The position numbers and the translations under genes are program-made. 64,000 nt of DNA from assembly GCA_965116885.1 (NCBI GenBank), contig OZ220741.1:608001-672000 (forward strand), read 5' to 3'. Under the pieces are notes generated by a model, which saw only the letters and a list, made by a program, of their open reading frames with translations, was not told the origin of the DNA and did not search any database. This DNA is from Candidatus Latescibacterota bacterium (GTDB taxonomy: Bacteria; Latescibacterota; UBA2968). Positions 1-10,703 of this stretch are shown here, one piece after another (the stretch's first letter is position 1; every line of letters starts with the position of its first letter).

Positions 1-645
1 CTCCTCGGCTGCGATGCGATTCAACTGCACCATAGAATCCACCGCAATCTGCAACGCATCTTCATCGATCTCACCATTTTGATAGGCATCCGACATCAAA
101 CCCGTACCCAGCGGCTTGGTCAGAATCAGACGATCTCCCACCCGGGCGCCCGCATTGGTCTTCACATCGTCTGGATGCACAACCCCCGTCACAGACAACC
201 CGAACTTGGGTTCCACATCCTCCACAGAATGCCCGCCGACCAAAACCGCGCCAGACTCCGCCACCTTCTCCTGCGCCCCTCTTAAAACCTCGGCAATCAC
301 CTCTGGCTCGACGTCATCACTCGGAAACCCGCAAATATTCAGCGCAGTAATCGGGCGCCCCCCCATCGCATACACATCGCTCAGTGAATTGGCTGCGGCA
401 ATCTGCCCATACGCATGCGGATCATCGACAATAGGCGTAAAAAAATCCACCGTCTGAATAAGCGCCACATCCTCAGAAATCCGAAACACCCCGGCATCAT
501 CAGCCGTATTCATCCCCACCATCAAATCGGGATGCGCCACAGGCGTCAACTTTTTTAGAATCACATCCAGCACCGCTGGATCGAGTTTCGATGCTCAACC
601 ACCGCAACTGACGAGCTGAGTCAATCTTCTACCGCGATACTTCAT
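1..645 (-). CDS. selD: Selenide, water dikinase (selenophosphate synthetase), selenocysteine-containing; 3' part runs off the window
   Basis: ATG at 645 reads MKYRGRRLTQLVSCGG-TGA(597-595)-ASKLDP...TADDAGVFRISEDVALIQTVDFFTPIVDDPHAYGQIAAANSLSDVYAMGG, which are SelD motifs, with UGA at the catalytic Cys/Sec17 position. Missed by the ORF track. Confidence 0.95.
565..581 (-). promoter_or_regulatory. Candidate bacterial SECIS hairpin of selD
   Basis: ATCCAGC-GGT-GCTGGAT, a perfect 7-bp stem with G in the loop, starting 13 nt after the UGA. Confidence 0.65.
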
Positions 646-1469
646 TTTTTCAACTCCTCATTTTCTCTCGCCATCTGTTCCTTTTGCCAGCGATAATCGA
701 CCTTGCCATCGTAAAACATCCCGGGATTCTCTATCGCCCACAACTGCTTTCGAATCAACCAATTCTTGGGATCCAGAACATACGCGCGCTTTAATTCAGC
801 AATAGCGTTTTCCTTCTTCCCCTGTTTTAGCAACACAATAGCGCGCTGAAATATTGCATCGGCCTCCTGCTCATCCGCAGTCAGCGCGCGGGGTTTCGCA
901 CCCTTATCCCCATCGCGCCATGCCCCGGGAATAGCCCCCGTTGTTATCCACTCGACCAGTTCTCCGCGCAACGTCTCATTGTCAATATTGACGCTACCAA
1001 CACTGCGAACAAGTCGCCCTTCTTCATCCACAAAAATCCCAACCGGAACAAATTTGACATTATACGCCTTGCCAACCGCGTTGTGCTGATCCAGCAATGC
1101 GCGATATGTACCACCGGCCTTTTCAACCCAGGGTCTGGCAACCTCGGCCCCCTGTGCATCCTGAGCAATAACCACCACCTCAACCTGTTCACCGTACTCC
1201 TGATAAAACGCTTGCCATCCAGGCAACTGAGCGCGGCACCCTCACCAGGACGCCCACATAAAAAACGCCGTCTTCTTCCCGCGAAAATCACTCGAAGAAA
1301 TCATCTCCCCAGAGTACAAATCCGGCAGTGTAAACGCAGGCGGCGCATGCCCAATGCTCAGGCCAACATCACTCAGTTCAGGCTCCAAAGTCTTCACAGA
1401 TTCCTCCCCTGAAAGGGTATGAACCGACCCATTTATCAACAAGAGCAACACAAATACTATTTTTTTCAT
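642..1469 (-). CDS. ResA/TlpA-like thioredoxin-fold selenoprotein (WASW-U-GC motif) with signal peptide and C-terminal TPR-like helix pair
   Basis: ORFs 1242..1469 and 642..1226 are in one frame, joined across TGA 1244-1242: APPAFTLPDL...FFMWASW-U-GCRAQLPGWQAFY. Hairpin TTGCC-TGGAT-GGCAA (1226-1212) follows. The stop overlaps the selD start (ATGA). Confidence 0.88.
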
Positions 1470-1548
1470 CTCGTATCCAATCTAACAGAATTTGAACAAT
1501 GTGCAACACACAAGCTCGTTTTCATCTCGTATTCGAACCCGTGAACAC

Positions 1549-1583
1549 CAAACCGCTCGGCAATCATCTCACCGAGCGGTTTG
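1549..1583 (-). terminator. Hairpin downstream of msrP
   Basis: CAAACCGCTCGG...CCGAGCGGTTTG 12-bp inverted repeat. Confidence 0.5.
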
Positions 1584-1607
1584 ACATACAATGGACATTT
1601 CTTTTAA

Positions 1608-2567
1608 CTAACCGTACAGATGCGCCACATAATCGCCATACCCATTGTACATTTGGGTAGGCACGCGATCCATCGTCCCGATCAACCGCTCCGTAGCCTG
1701 AGACCAGCGCGGGTGTGGCACATTGGGATTTACATTAGACCAAAAATCGTACTCAGCAGGTGCCACCTTGTTCCAGAACGTCGGCGGTTGCCGTTTGGTG
1801 AACTCGATCTTCACAATGGACTTAATACTCTTATACCCGTATTTCCACGGCGTAACCAACCGAATGGGCGCCCCGTGCTGTTTGGGCAACGCATGACCGT
1901 AAATACCCGTCGTGAGCAACGTCAGTTCATTCGTCGCCTCTTCCATAGTCAGCCCCTCAAAATAAGGCCACGGATACCAGGACTGCGCCTTGATGCCCGG
2001 CGCCTGATCCGGACGATTGAACGTCACCATACGCACGTATTTTGCCGATGACTGGGGCTGCACATAATCGATCAACGCCTTCATCGGAAACCCCGTCCAC
2101 GGCACCGTCATCGCCCATGCTTCCACGCACCGAAACCGATACACGCGCTCTTCCAGCGCAAATCGCTTGAGCAAATCATCCAGATCATACGTCCCGGGCT
2201 TCTCCACATAACCCGAAATCTCGATCTCCCAGGGGCGCACCTCAAACTTATCTGTCAACTCGTGAACCTTGCCCTTATTCGTGGTAAACTCGTAAAAATT
2301 ATTGTACCGCGCGGCAACCTTCTCCTCTGTCAATTCCCGCTCCACCGTGTAATTTTCATTGCGCTTTGTAGGATACAAACCCGGCAGCGATGGAGGCACC
2401 TCCACCTCAAACTCATCTTCTGCCACCGCACAGCCCGCGCCAATCACCGCGCTCGCGCCCGCAACACCTATAGCCTGCATAAAGCGCCGACGATTCAGGT
2501 AAATGTCTTCAGGCGTAACCTCGCCTTCGGGCAACTGCCAGCCTTTGGGAATATGAATAAAAGCCAT
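1608..2567 (-). CDS. msrP: Protein-methionine-sulfoxide reductase catalytic subunit (molybdoenzyme, Tat-exported)
   Basis: EVTPEDIYLNRRRF Tat leader, YNNFYEF, RFRCVEAWAM, HGAPIRLVTPWKYGYKSIKSIVKI, NVNPNVPHPRWSQATER. Confidence 0.95.
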   Translation of the reverse strand: MAFIHIPKGWQLPEGEVTPEDIYLNRRRFMQAIGVAGASAVIGAGCAVAEDEFEVEVPPSLPGLYPTKRNENYTVERELTEEKVAARYNNFYEFTTNKGKVHELTDKFEVRPWEIEISGYVEKPGTYDLDDLLKRFALEERVYRFRCVEAWAMTVPWTGFPMKALIDYVQPQSSAKYVRMVTFNRPDQAPGIKAQSWYPWPYFEGLTMEEATNELTLLTTGIYGHALPKQHGAPIRLVTPWKYGYKSIKSIVKIEFTKRQPPTFWNKVAPAEYDFWSNVNPNVPHPRWSQATERLIGTMDRVPTQMYNGYGDYVAHLYG

Positions 2568-2710
2568 CGCATGCCTCCAATTAAATGCAAAAGCGAATCA
2601 ACGAATCAACGACGGAGTTCGCACTGACTTTGGGAGATAGGGTGGGGTTCGTCTATTCGTCTATTCGTCTATGAATTGGCCTGAGAGGCGGCCAATTGTA
2701 CCCCGCTCCG

Positions 2711-4018
2711 TCACCGCTGACCCATCGCCACGTAATCGCGTATATCTGCTCCGGTATAAATCTGGCGCGGACGGGCGATTTTCTGTTCGCTATCCCCCAG
2801 CATCTCTTTCCACTGCGCCAGCCAGCCACAAGACCGTCCCACCGCGAATAACACCGTCATCATCCGCGTGGGCAACCCAATAGCCTGATAGATAATACCC
2901 GAATAAAAATCCACATTGGGATACAACTGACGCGAAATAAAATACTCCTCTTGAAGGGCAATCCGCTCCAACTCCAGCGCAATATCAATCAGGGGATTCT
3001 TACCCGTCACCTCAAACACACTATACGCGGTCTCTTTGACAATCGCCGCCCTCGGATCATAATTCTTGTAAACCCGATGCCCAAACCCCTGCAACACCAC
3101 CTCTTTGTTCTCCACCCGCTCGATATAAGCCGGCACCTTATCCACCGAGCCGATCTCATTGAGCATATTCAGCACCGCCTCATTCGCGCCCCCGTGTGCC
3201 GGACCGTAAAGCGCCGCTGCTGCGCCGGCCATAGATGAATACGGATCTGCCCCTCCACTGGCAATACCCCGCATGATACTGGTAGATAAATTCTGGCCGT
3301 GATCTGCGTGCAAAATAAGCAACACTTCCAACGCGCGCTCGAGCACAGGATCAGCCCGATAGGCCTCGCCCTCTGTCCCAAACAGCATATTCAAAAAATT
3401 GCCGTAAAATCCCAACCCGGGATCTGAAGACACATAAGGCAGACCTGCACTGCGGCGATGCACCGCAGCACCTATGGTCGCAATATTGCCAACCAACCGA
3501 CAAATATGACGAAGTTGTGCCTCTTCGGTTCCAAAATCTCCCTCATCATCGTAAAAAACCGACAGCCCCCCCAGCGCACCCACCAGCATACCCATCGTAT
3601 GAGACCCTTTGGGAAAACCATCGATAAAAGACAAAATATCGTCTGAGATCACCGTTTGAGAATTTACCTGCTCGGAAAATCCATCCAATTGATCGCGGCT
3701 GGGCAACTCGCCATAAACCAGCAAATAAGCCACTTCGAGATACGAAGACTCCGCCACCAACTGCTCAATGGGATATCCGCGATAGCGCAAAATTCCCTTT
3801 GCACCATCGATATACGTAACCGCACTGCTGCAAGACGCCGTATTGACATACGACGGGTCGTATCCCAACAGACCAAAATCATTATCCGAACCCTTGATCT
3901 GGTTCAAATCTGTCGAACGCACATGAGCGCCATCCTCAAAATACGTGCCATAAGTAATAGATAAATCATACGTTTCATCTGTCCGATTATCAATAACTTT
4001 AAGTGAATCCTTGCTCAT
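2711..4018 (-). CDS. gltA: Citrate synthase
   Basis: TYIDGAKGILRYRGYPIEQL, LHADHGQN, GPAHGGANEAV, GFGHRVYKNYDPRA, LYPNVDFYSG. Confidence 0.95.
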   Translation of the reverse strand: MSKDSLKVIDNRTDETYDLSITYGTYFEDGAHVRSTDLNQIKGSDNDFGLLGYDPSYVNTASCSSAVTYIDGAKGILRYRGYPIEQLVAESSYLEVAYLLVYGELPSRDQLDGFSEQVNSQTVISDDILSFIDGFPKGSHTMGMLVGALGGLSVFYDDEGDFGTEEAQLRHICRLVGNIATIGAAVHRRSAGLPYVSSDPGLGFYGNFLNMLFGTEGEAYRADPVLERALEVLLILHADHGQNLSTSIMRGIASGGADPYSSMAGAAAALYGPAHGGANEAVLNMLNEIGSVDKVPAYIERVENKEVVLQGFGHRVYKNYDPRAAIVKETAYSVFEVTGKNPLIDIALELERIALQEEYFISRQLYPNVDFYSGIIYQAIGLPTRMMTVLFAVGRSCGWLAQWKEMLGDSEQKIARPRQIYTGADIRDYVAMGQR

Positions 4019-4068
4019 CACAAGCCCCTTTCTCATAATCCGCCCATTTTTGGAGGAGATTTGTTCTA

Positions 4069-4734
4069 CTACTGTGCTATTACCTGATAAACTCTACGCG
4101 ATCTGAATTGATCTACAGGATCGGACTGCATAGAAACCGCATCAAAAACGCGCCGCAGTGCCCGTTCGTAAGATGACCCACCCGCACAAATCGCAAGTGC
4201 CCCGCCCGCCCGAAGTCGCATTTGCAACACGCGCAACATCGACAAACTGTAAGCCTGGCGATTCTCTGCTCGCGCCACCTGATCTGGCCCAACATCAATG
4301 TGCATCGCAATACCGTGATAATTGCGCGGTGTACCCTGCACATAAGAACAAAAATCGCCCACAATAAGCTCGACCCGTGCGTCATTCAGCAAATCGGCAT
4401 TGGTCAAATACGTGCGATTCCATTCTACAATTTGCGGCTCAATTTCCACCACACAAACGGACTGCACAGCCCTGTGCTTCAGCACCTGCCTCAGCGTCAC
4501 ACCCAGTCCAAGCCCACCGACCAACACATCGGCATATCTCTGACCTGGAGAAATGCCAGATAGTGCGAGATCGGCAAGTGCAATCTCCAAATCGGAACTG
4601 CTACTCGCAATCGCATGCCCATTTATAGAAAGCACATGATGCACCTGCTCGTCAACCGTCACCGCGTCAAGCCGAAAATTTCCATTTTGCGTCTCGACCG
4701 ATGCCACGTGACCTGACGTGCTATCGCTCTGCAT
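4069..4734 (-). CDS. Spermidine-synthase-like SAM-dependent transferase
   Basis: VLVGGLGLGVTL and VVEIEPQIVEWNR SAM-binding motifs. Confidence 0.7.
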   Translation of the reverse strand: MQSDSTSGHVASVETQNGNFRLDAVTVDEQVHHVLSINGHAIASSSSDLEIALADLALSGISPGQRYADVLVGGLGLGVTLRQVLKHRAVQSVCVVEIEPQIVEWNRTYLTNADLLNDARVELIVGDFCSYVQGTPRNYHGIAMHIDVGPDQVARAENRQAYSLSMLRVLQMRLRAGGALAICAGGSSYERALRRVFDAVSMQSDPVDQFRSRRVYQVIAQ

Positions 4735-4896
4735 TCATCGCGCCTTTTTTTTAAAAAATCCGATTTGGACAAGTATTACAATATAACGGAGATTCCAAAA
4801 TTTTCAAACACATTTGGTCGAGAACAGGATAATTACCCACTTGATTTTTAAAGCGCGAATCCCTTTATTGACGCACCGTCTAACAGGAATAAATTT

Positions 4897-5718
4897 ATGA
4901 GTCAACACATCGGCAACATCGAAATCATTGCAACACACATCACCCGGGGGCATTATCGTTCAGTGCTCTTTGATTTTGACGGCACATTGTCGCTCATTCG
5001 CCAGGGCTGGCGTGAAATCATGATCCCCATGATGGTCGAGATACTCTCCGAACTCAACACCGGCGAAACCGAAGCGGAACATCGCGTCCTGGTCACCGAA
5101 TTTATCGACCGCCTCACCGGCAAACAAACCATTTACCAGATGATTCAGCTCTGTCGAGAAATCCAAAAACGCGGCGGCACACCAGATGATCCTCTCACCT
5201 ACAAACAGCGTTTTCACGACCTGCTCGACGCCCACATAGCCCATCGCATTCGCGGCCTCGAAACCGGCGCAATGGACCCCGACGACCTCATGCTCCCCCA
5301 TACCCGCGCCCTGCTCGACAACCTGTCCAACCGCGGCCTGGTACTTTATTTAGCCAGCGGCACCGACCACGTCTTTGTCCGCCGCGAAGTCGAATTACTC
5401 GGCCTTACAACCTACTTTGAAGACCGCGTCTTTGGCGCCTTGGACCAGCACGAAAACTTTTCCAAAGCCATGGTCATACAAAATATGCTCAAAACCCACG
5501 CCATAGACGGCTCTGAACTCCTCGGTTTTGGCGATGGATACGTCGAAATCGAAAACGTAAAAGCCGTGGGCGGCACCGCCATCGGTGTCGCATCAGACGA
5601 AGTCAAACGCGAAGGCATCAATGCCTGGAAGCGAAATCGCCTCATCGAAGTCGGTGCAGACATCATCGTCCCGGAATACCGCGAACAAGAAACTCTCATC
5701 GCATATTTGTGTGACTGA
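4897..5718 (+). CDS. HAD-family hydrolase
   Basis: FDFDGTLS, LASGTD, FGDGYVEI. Confidence 0.85.
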   Translation: MSQHIGNIEIIATHITRGHYRSVLFDFDGTLSLIRQGWREIMIPMMVEILSELNTGETEAEHRVLVTEFIDRLTGKQTIYQMIQLCREIQKRGGTPDDPLTYKQRFHDLLDAHIAHRIRGLETGAMDPDDLMLPHTRALLDNLSNRGLVLYLASGTDHVFVRREVELLGLTTYFEDRVFGALDQHENFSKAMVIQNMLKTHAIDGSELLGFGDGYVEIENVKAVGGTAIGVASDEVKREGINAWKRNRLIEVGADIIVPEYREQETLIAYLCD

Positions 5719-5760
5719 CCCCTCTCCCGGCCCCTCCCCGAGACGGGGAGAGGAGACCTA
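5717..5760. repeat. CCCCTCCCC...GGGGAG palindromic intergenic repeat family (also 6923-6991 and 60471-60556)
   Basis: 5717-5760 matches 60471-60513; 6923-6991 is a near reverse complement of 60485-60556. Confidence 0.75.
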
Positions 5761-5781
5761 ACTCACCCCAAAGGAGTTGAC

Positions 5782-6906
5782 ATGAAAATCACCAAACTCG
5801 AAACCTTTCTCGTCAAACCCCGCTGGCTCTTTCTCAAAATGCACACAGACGAGGGCCTCATTGGCCTTGGCGAACCCATCCTCGAAGGACGCGCCCGTAC
5901 ATGCGCTCAAGCCGTAGCAGAACTCGAACCCTATCTCATCGGCAAAGACCCCCGTCGCGTGGTGCATCACTGGCAGGCCATGTATCGCCATGCATTCTAT
6001 CGCGGCGGACCCATTCTCACCAGCGCCCTATCCGGTGTTGAACAAGCACTTTGGGACCTCGCCGGAAAAGCCGCAAACATGCCCGTCTATGAAATGCTCG
6101 GCGGACCCCTGCGCGACCGCATCAAAATGTACAAAGGCACGGGAGGGGGCGGCACACCCGAACAGGCTGCTGCCGCAGTAAAAGAACGCAAAGAACAGGG
6201 ATTTATCGCCATAAAGACCGGACCGGCCAAAATTCGCCCGGCGCGCATCGTCGAATCCCCGGCCTTTATCGATCACGCAGTCGAAACATTTGCCGCCATG
6301 CGCGAAGCTGGCGGACCGGACTTTGACATCGCCATCGACTTTCACGGCGCCATATCACCACAAACCGCCGCCATACTCATCAAAGCACTCGAACCCTACC
6401 AGCCGATGTTTGTCGAAGAACCCATCCAGTGTCAAGACATAGAAGGCATGGCAGAACTCGCGCGCAAAACCCACTTGCCCATCGCAACAGGCGAACGCAT
6501 CTTCACCAAATGGGGCTTCCGCGACCTCCTCGAAAAACGCGCCTGTTCCATCATCCAACCCGACCTGTCACACGCTGGCGGCATCTTCGAAACCCGCCTG
6601 ATCGCGGGCATGGCCGAATCCTATTACGCAGCCGTTGCCCCGCACTGTCCGCTCGGCCCCATTTCATTAGCCGCCTGCATCCAGCTCGACGCCAGCATAC
6701 CCAACTTCCTCGCACAAGAACACACCATGTTTGGCGAAGACTACCTCAAAGAACCGTTCCAATTCAAAGACGGCTACGTCGAATTGCCCAAAGGTCCCGG
6801 CCTTGGCATTGAACTGGACGACGACAAAATGGAAGACAAAATAGGCCACGACTGGACCAATCAAAGATCCCTTCACCCCGACGATGGATCGGTCGTTGAT
6901 TGGTAA
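5782..6906 (+). CDS. dgoD: Galactonate dehydratase (enolase superfamily)
   Basis: KPRWLFLK, GEPILEGRA, FYRGGPILTSALSGVEQALWD, IDFHG, IATGER, APHCPLGPI. Confidence 0.85.
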   Translation: MKITKLETFLVKPRWLFLKMHTDEGLIGLGEPILEGRARTCAQAVAELEPYLIGKDPRRVVHHWQAMYRHAFYRGGPILTSALSGVEQALWDLAGKAANMPVYEMLGGPLRDRIKMYKGTGGGGTPEQAAAAVKERKEQGFIAIKTGPAKIRPARIVESPAFIDHAVETFAAMREAGGPDFDIAIDFHGAISPQTAAILIKALEPYQPMFVEEPIQCQDIEGMAELARKTHLPIATGERIFTKWGFRDLLEKRACSIIQPDLSHAGGIFETRLIAGMAESYYAAVAPHCPLGPISLAACIQLDASIPNFLAQEHTMFGEDYLKEPFQFKDGYVELPKGPGLGIELDDDKMEDKIGHDWTNQRSLHPDDGSVVDW

Positions 6907-7027
6907 AATAGTTTCTCATTGGGACCTACCCCCCTAACCCCCCTTCCTACGAGGAAGGGGGGAATTAGGTCTCCCCGTCTCGGGGAGGGGTCATTATGCG
7001 TTTTTAACAATTCCTCAAGGAGACCGC

Positions 7028-7765
7028 ATGTCACAACTCACCGGAAAAATCGCACTCGTCACCGGCAGTGGGCGGGGTATTGGTCGCGCCATCGCCATCG
7101 CCTTTGCCGCAGAAGGAGCCGACCTCATACTCGCCGCACGCACGGCCGAACAACTCGACGCCGTTGCCGAAGAAATTCGCGCCCTCGGTCGCAAAGTTCT
7201 GTCCGTGCCCACCGATGTCACCGATCGCCAGAGCGTAGATGCATTGGCAGAAAAAGTCCGCGGAGAATTTGACCGCCTGGACATCCTCGTCAACAACGCG
7301 GGCGGTGGCATAGAGCGCAACAGCATCCTCGACAGCGATCCCGATGTCTGGATCGAAGACGTCACGGTAAACTGCATCAGCGCCTACCTCGTCTCGCACG
7401 CCCTGCTCCCCCTCATGATTGACTCCGGCGGTGGCAGAGTCATCAACGTGGGATCGGGCATGGGCCACCGCCCCACAGCGAGCAGTTCTGCGTATCACGT
7501 TGGCAAAGCCGGCATGTGGATGTTCACCCAATGCCTATCAGAAGAAGTCTGGGAACACAACATCACAGTCAACGAACTCATCCCCGGGCCGGTAGCCACA
7601 CATCTTACCGGCGGTCGCATGAGAGTGGGTGGCCCACCGCCCTTCGCACCCAGCGAAGTCGTCAAAGCACCCGAAGATGTCGTCCCCCTCGCGCTCTTCT
7701 TAGCCACCCAACCCGACGGGGGACCGACCGCTCAAACCTTCAGCCTGACCCGTCGCCCAATTTAG
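7028..7765 (+). CDS. SDR family oxidoreductase
   Basis: TGSGRGIG, NNAG, YHVGK. Confidence 0.9.
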   Translation: MSQLTGKIALVTGSGRGIGRAIAIAFAAEGADLILAARTAEQLDAVAEEIRALGRKVLSVPTDVTDRQSVDALAEKVRGEFDRLDILVNNAGGGIERNSILDSDPDVWIEDVTVNCISAYLVSHALLPLMIDSGGGRVINVGSGMGHRPTASSSAYHVGKAGMWMFTQCLSEEVWEHNITVNELIPGPVATHLTGGRMRVGGPPPFAPSEVVKAPEDVVPLALFLATQPDGGPTAQTFSLTRRPI

Positions 7766-7879
7766 AACGCGGATTACGCGGATTACGCAGAGGACACGGA
7801 TTGAAGCTAAACCAAAAATCAGTTCAAATAGCCATCGGATTACAGTATTGATCTTATCCATTTCAAAAAAGGAACAGCT

Positions 7880-9832
7880 ATGTCAAAAAAAATCATCGCC
7901 TATGGCATGGACGGATTCATCACCCCTATGATGAAATACTTTGCCGACGAAGGCGTTATCCCAACTTTTAAACGCCTGCTCGACGAGGGCGCAGTCAACG
8001 AAACCTTCCCCTCCTTCCCCGTCTGGACACCCACCAACTGGGCAACCCTCTCCACTGGCGCGCACACCGGCACGCACAGCGTCACGCGCTGGCGCGTCGA
8101 AGTAGGTCCCGGCGAACGCATCAACTCGTTTCACGGTCGCGCCAACAATGCCCAGCGCCTGTGGAACGCCCTCGAACGCGAAGGACTCAAAGGCGTTGCC
8201 CTGCACTATCCGGCAGCGCATCCATCAGGCGTTGAAAAAGGGTACGTAATCGACGGATTTGGTCACCCCGGACACGCCAGCACCGACTATGAAATCGCCG
8301 CAGCACAGGCTTATACCACCGCCGAACACGTCGAAGAAATCGTGCAAATGGACCACGACGGCACAGCCGTGCGCCGGAGACAGCGAAGCATCGAACCCAT
8401 CCCCGCACTATCGCCCGCGGATGGCTGGACCAATCTTCCACAAAGCGCTGCCCCGCCCCTCGCTTCCACCATTGCAATCCACGCGCGCCTCGGCGGCGAC
8501 ATCAACCGCTTTCACCTGCTCGTCTTCGCCAGTGCCAACAGCGGATACGACACCCTGCGCGTCTGCCGCTCCCAAAATGGCAGCGACCACATCGCCGAAA
8601 CCAGCACGGGTGCGTGGAGCAACTGGGCCATCGAACCCTTCTGCATCGAAAGCCGCGAACAACGCGCCTCTGTGCGCTTCAAACTCCTCGAACTCGAACC
8701 CGATGGCTCCCATCTCAAGCTCTACCGCTCTCAAATCACATATAGCGACGGCTTCACATATCCAGATGACCTCGCCGACGAACTCATCCAGCGATTTGGC
8801 CCCTATCAAGAACACGCCTCAATGACCCCCTACACCTCCGGCATGACCGACTTTGACACCGCCCTTGAAGAATGCGAATACCAGGGTCTCTGGTTTGCCG
8901 ATGTCGCCAATTACATGCTCCACGAAAAAGATGCCAATTTCTTCATCTGCCACTGGCACCTCTATGACTACATCAACCACATCCACCTCGACGGCGTCGA
9001 TCCGGTTTGTCCGGCTTACGATCCCGACAAAGCCGACGACATCATGCACCTCTTCCGCAAAGCCTACATTGTGGGCGACAAAATCCTGAAACGCATGTGG
9101 GACGCCGCCGATGACACCACATACGTCGGCGTGCTTTCCGATCACGGCGCATCGCCGGATGTACGCATCGCCAATATCCGAAAATTCCTGCACGACGAAG
9201 GATTCACCGTCCTGAAAGAAGACGCCAGCGACGGCGTCGAGCGCGATGAAGTCCTGGAAAGAGAAATCGACTTTGAAAAAACCCGCGCCTACCTCAAAGA
9301 CGACAAGGGATTCGACATCTGGATCAACGCCGAACCCGGTCCCAAATTCGACGAAATCGAACGCGATGTCCTCCTCGCCCTTCGCACCTGGGTCGATGAA
9401 GACATCGGTCGCAATGTCGTCGCCATCGCCCTGCCCAGACGCGACGCGTACATACTCGGACAATGGGGCGATCAGTGCGGCGACGTCATCTTCGCATGGG
9501 ATCACGGATTCGTCAGCGGGTACTACGGCCAGTGGAAAGGCATTGTGGGCGGCGGCTGCGTAGGCGCACCCGAAGTCTTCGGCGCACACCACGGCGGCTT
9601 CATCCCCACGCGCAGCGATATCTCATCGAGCTTTGGTTCTTTCTTCCTCTCAGGTCCCGGCATCAAAAAAGGCTACGAACGCCCCACCGACAAACTCGGC
9701 TACATCCACGCCGCAGACGTCGTCCCCACGCTTTGTCACATCTTCGGCATTGCGCCACCGGACCAGAGCCAGGGCGCGGTTGCCTATGACATTCTCGAAG
9801 GTCATGAGATGGTGCGGGAACGCCCTGAATAA
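7880..9832 (+). CDS. Alkaline phosphatase superfamily (nucleotide pyrophosphatase/phosphodiesterase-like) protein
   Basis: YGMDG, TPTNWATLSTG (Thr nucleophile), LSDHG, GAHHG. Confidence 0.8.
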   Translation: MSKKIIAYGMDGFITPMMKYFADEGVIPTFKRLLDEGAVNETFPSFPVWTPTNWATLSTGAHTGTHSVTRWRVEVGPGERINSFHGRANNAQRLWNALEREGLKGVALHYPAAHPSGVEKGYVIDGFGHPGHASTDYEIAAAQAYTTAEHVEEIVQMDHDGTAVRRRQRSIEPIPALSPADGWTNLPQSAAPPLASTIAIHARLGGDINRFHLLVFASANSGYDTLRVCRSQNGSDHIAETSTGAWSNWAIEPFCIESREQRASVRFKLLELEPDGSHLKLYRSQITYSDGFTYPDDLADELIQRFGPYQEHASMTPYTSGMTDFDTALEECEYQGLWFADVANYMLHEKDANFFICHWHLYDYINHIHLDGVDPVCPAYDPDKADDIMHLFRKAYIVGDKILKRMWDAADDTTYVGVLSDHGASPDVRIANIRKFLHDEGFTVLKEDASDGVERDEVLEREIDFEKTRAYLKDDKGFDIWINAEPGPKFDEIERDVLLALRTWVDEDIGRNVVAIALPRRDAYILGQWGDQCGDVIFAWDHGFVSGYYGQWKGIVGGGCVGAPEVFGAHHGGFIPTRSDISSSFGSFFLSGPGIKKGYERPTDKLGYIHAADVVPTLCHIFGIAPPDQSQGAVAYDILEGHEMVRERPE

Positions 9833-9839
9833 AAAAAAT

Positions 9840-10583
9840 ATGACACGCCAATTTGCTCTTATTCTTATCACTTGCCTGACGATTACATCCTGTACCGCTA
9901 CGAAGGGTGCAACCGAGGCTGAGTTCAGTTTTACTTTTCAAAGTGATGCCGAAGGCTGGATGGCCGGATTTGCCGATCTTCCCGCCAACTTCGAGCCATC
10001 AATCTACGAACTCGACTCCGGTTATCGCCCTCTTCCATCAGGTCTCGAAGGCAATGGTCTCTACATCCAGGGACATAATCGCAGCGATGACCTCTTCATG
10101 TTTTTCAAGAGGCGGATTGACGGGCTTAAGGCAGATGCGACCTACGCGGTATTCGCGTCCCTCGACCTGGCGACCAATGTTCCGACCAACACCTTTGGCA
10201 TCGGTGGCTCTCCCGGTGAGAGCGTGTACGTAAAAGCGGGAGCCTCTACTGTTGAACCCGTAGCAGAGGGGGCAAACCTCAGACTGAACATCGACAAGGG
10301 AAATCAGTCCAACGGCGGCGCGTCAATGGTCGTGATAGGAAATGTCGCTCATCCCGAAGTTATAGGCAGAGAGTTCCGGCTCAAGTCTCTTGACAATGCC
10401 GACAATCCAGTGAATGTCACGACTAACAGCAAGGGCGAACTCTGGCTGATCGTCGGTACCGACTCTGGCTTTGAGGGACTGAGCACATTCTACTACGCCC
10501 GCATTGCCTACACACTCAAAATAGTGGAATCCCCTAACTCGGAGGCTTCACTCCTCGGGCCGAGTAACCGGAGTGTGGATTAG
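9840..10583 (+). CDS. Hypothetical lipoprotein
   Basis: MTRQFALILITCLTITSC lipobox-like leader; 247-aa open frame; codon usage unlike flanking genes. Confidence 0.65.
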   Translation: MTRQFALILITCLTITSCTATKGATEAEFSFTFQSDAEGWMAGFADLPANFEPSIYELDSGYRPLPSGLEGNGLYIQGHNRSDDLFMFFKRRIDGLKADATYAVFASLDLATNVPTNTFGIGGSPGESVYVKAGASTVEPVAEGANLRLNIDKGNQSNGGASMVVIGNVAHPEVIGREFRLKSLDNADNPVNVTTNSKGELWLIVGTDSGFEGLSTFYYARIAYTLKIVESPNSEASLLGPSNRSVD

Positions 10584-10671
10584 GTTTGCGCGGCATTCAA
10601 TACCAAAATTCACAACCCTTTATGAACGAGGTTCAGGATGAAAACAGGGTGTGCTTTCAGAAAATGCCCAG

Positions 10672-10703
10672 ATCGCTCCCTACGTGGGAGCGTGGATTGA
10701 AAC
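10672..10703 (+). CRISPR. Solitary type I-C-like CRISPR repeat (no array)
   Basis: ATCGCTCCCTACGTGGGAGCGTGGATTGAAAC: 32 bp, CGCTCCC/GGGAGCG stem, ATTGAAAC end. Confidence 0.7.
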
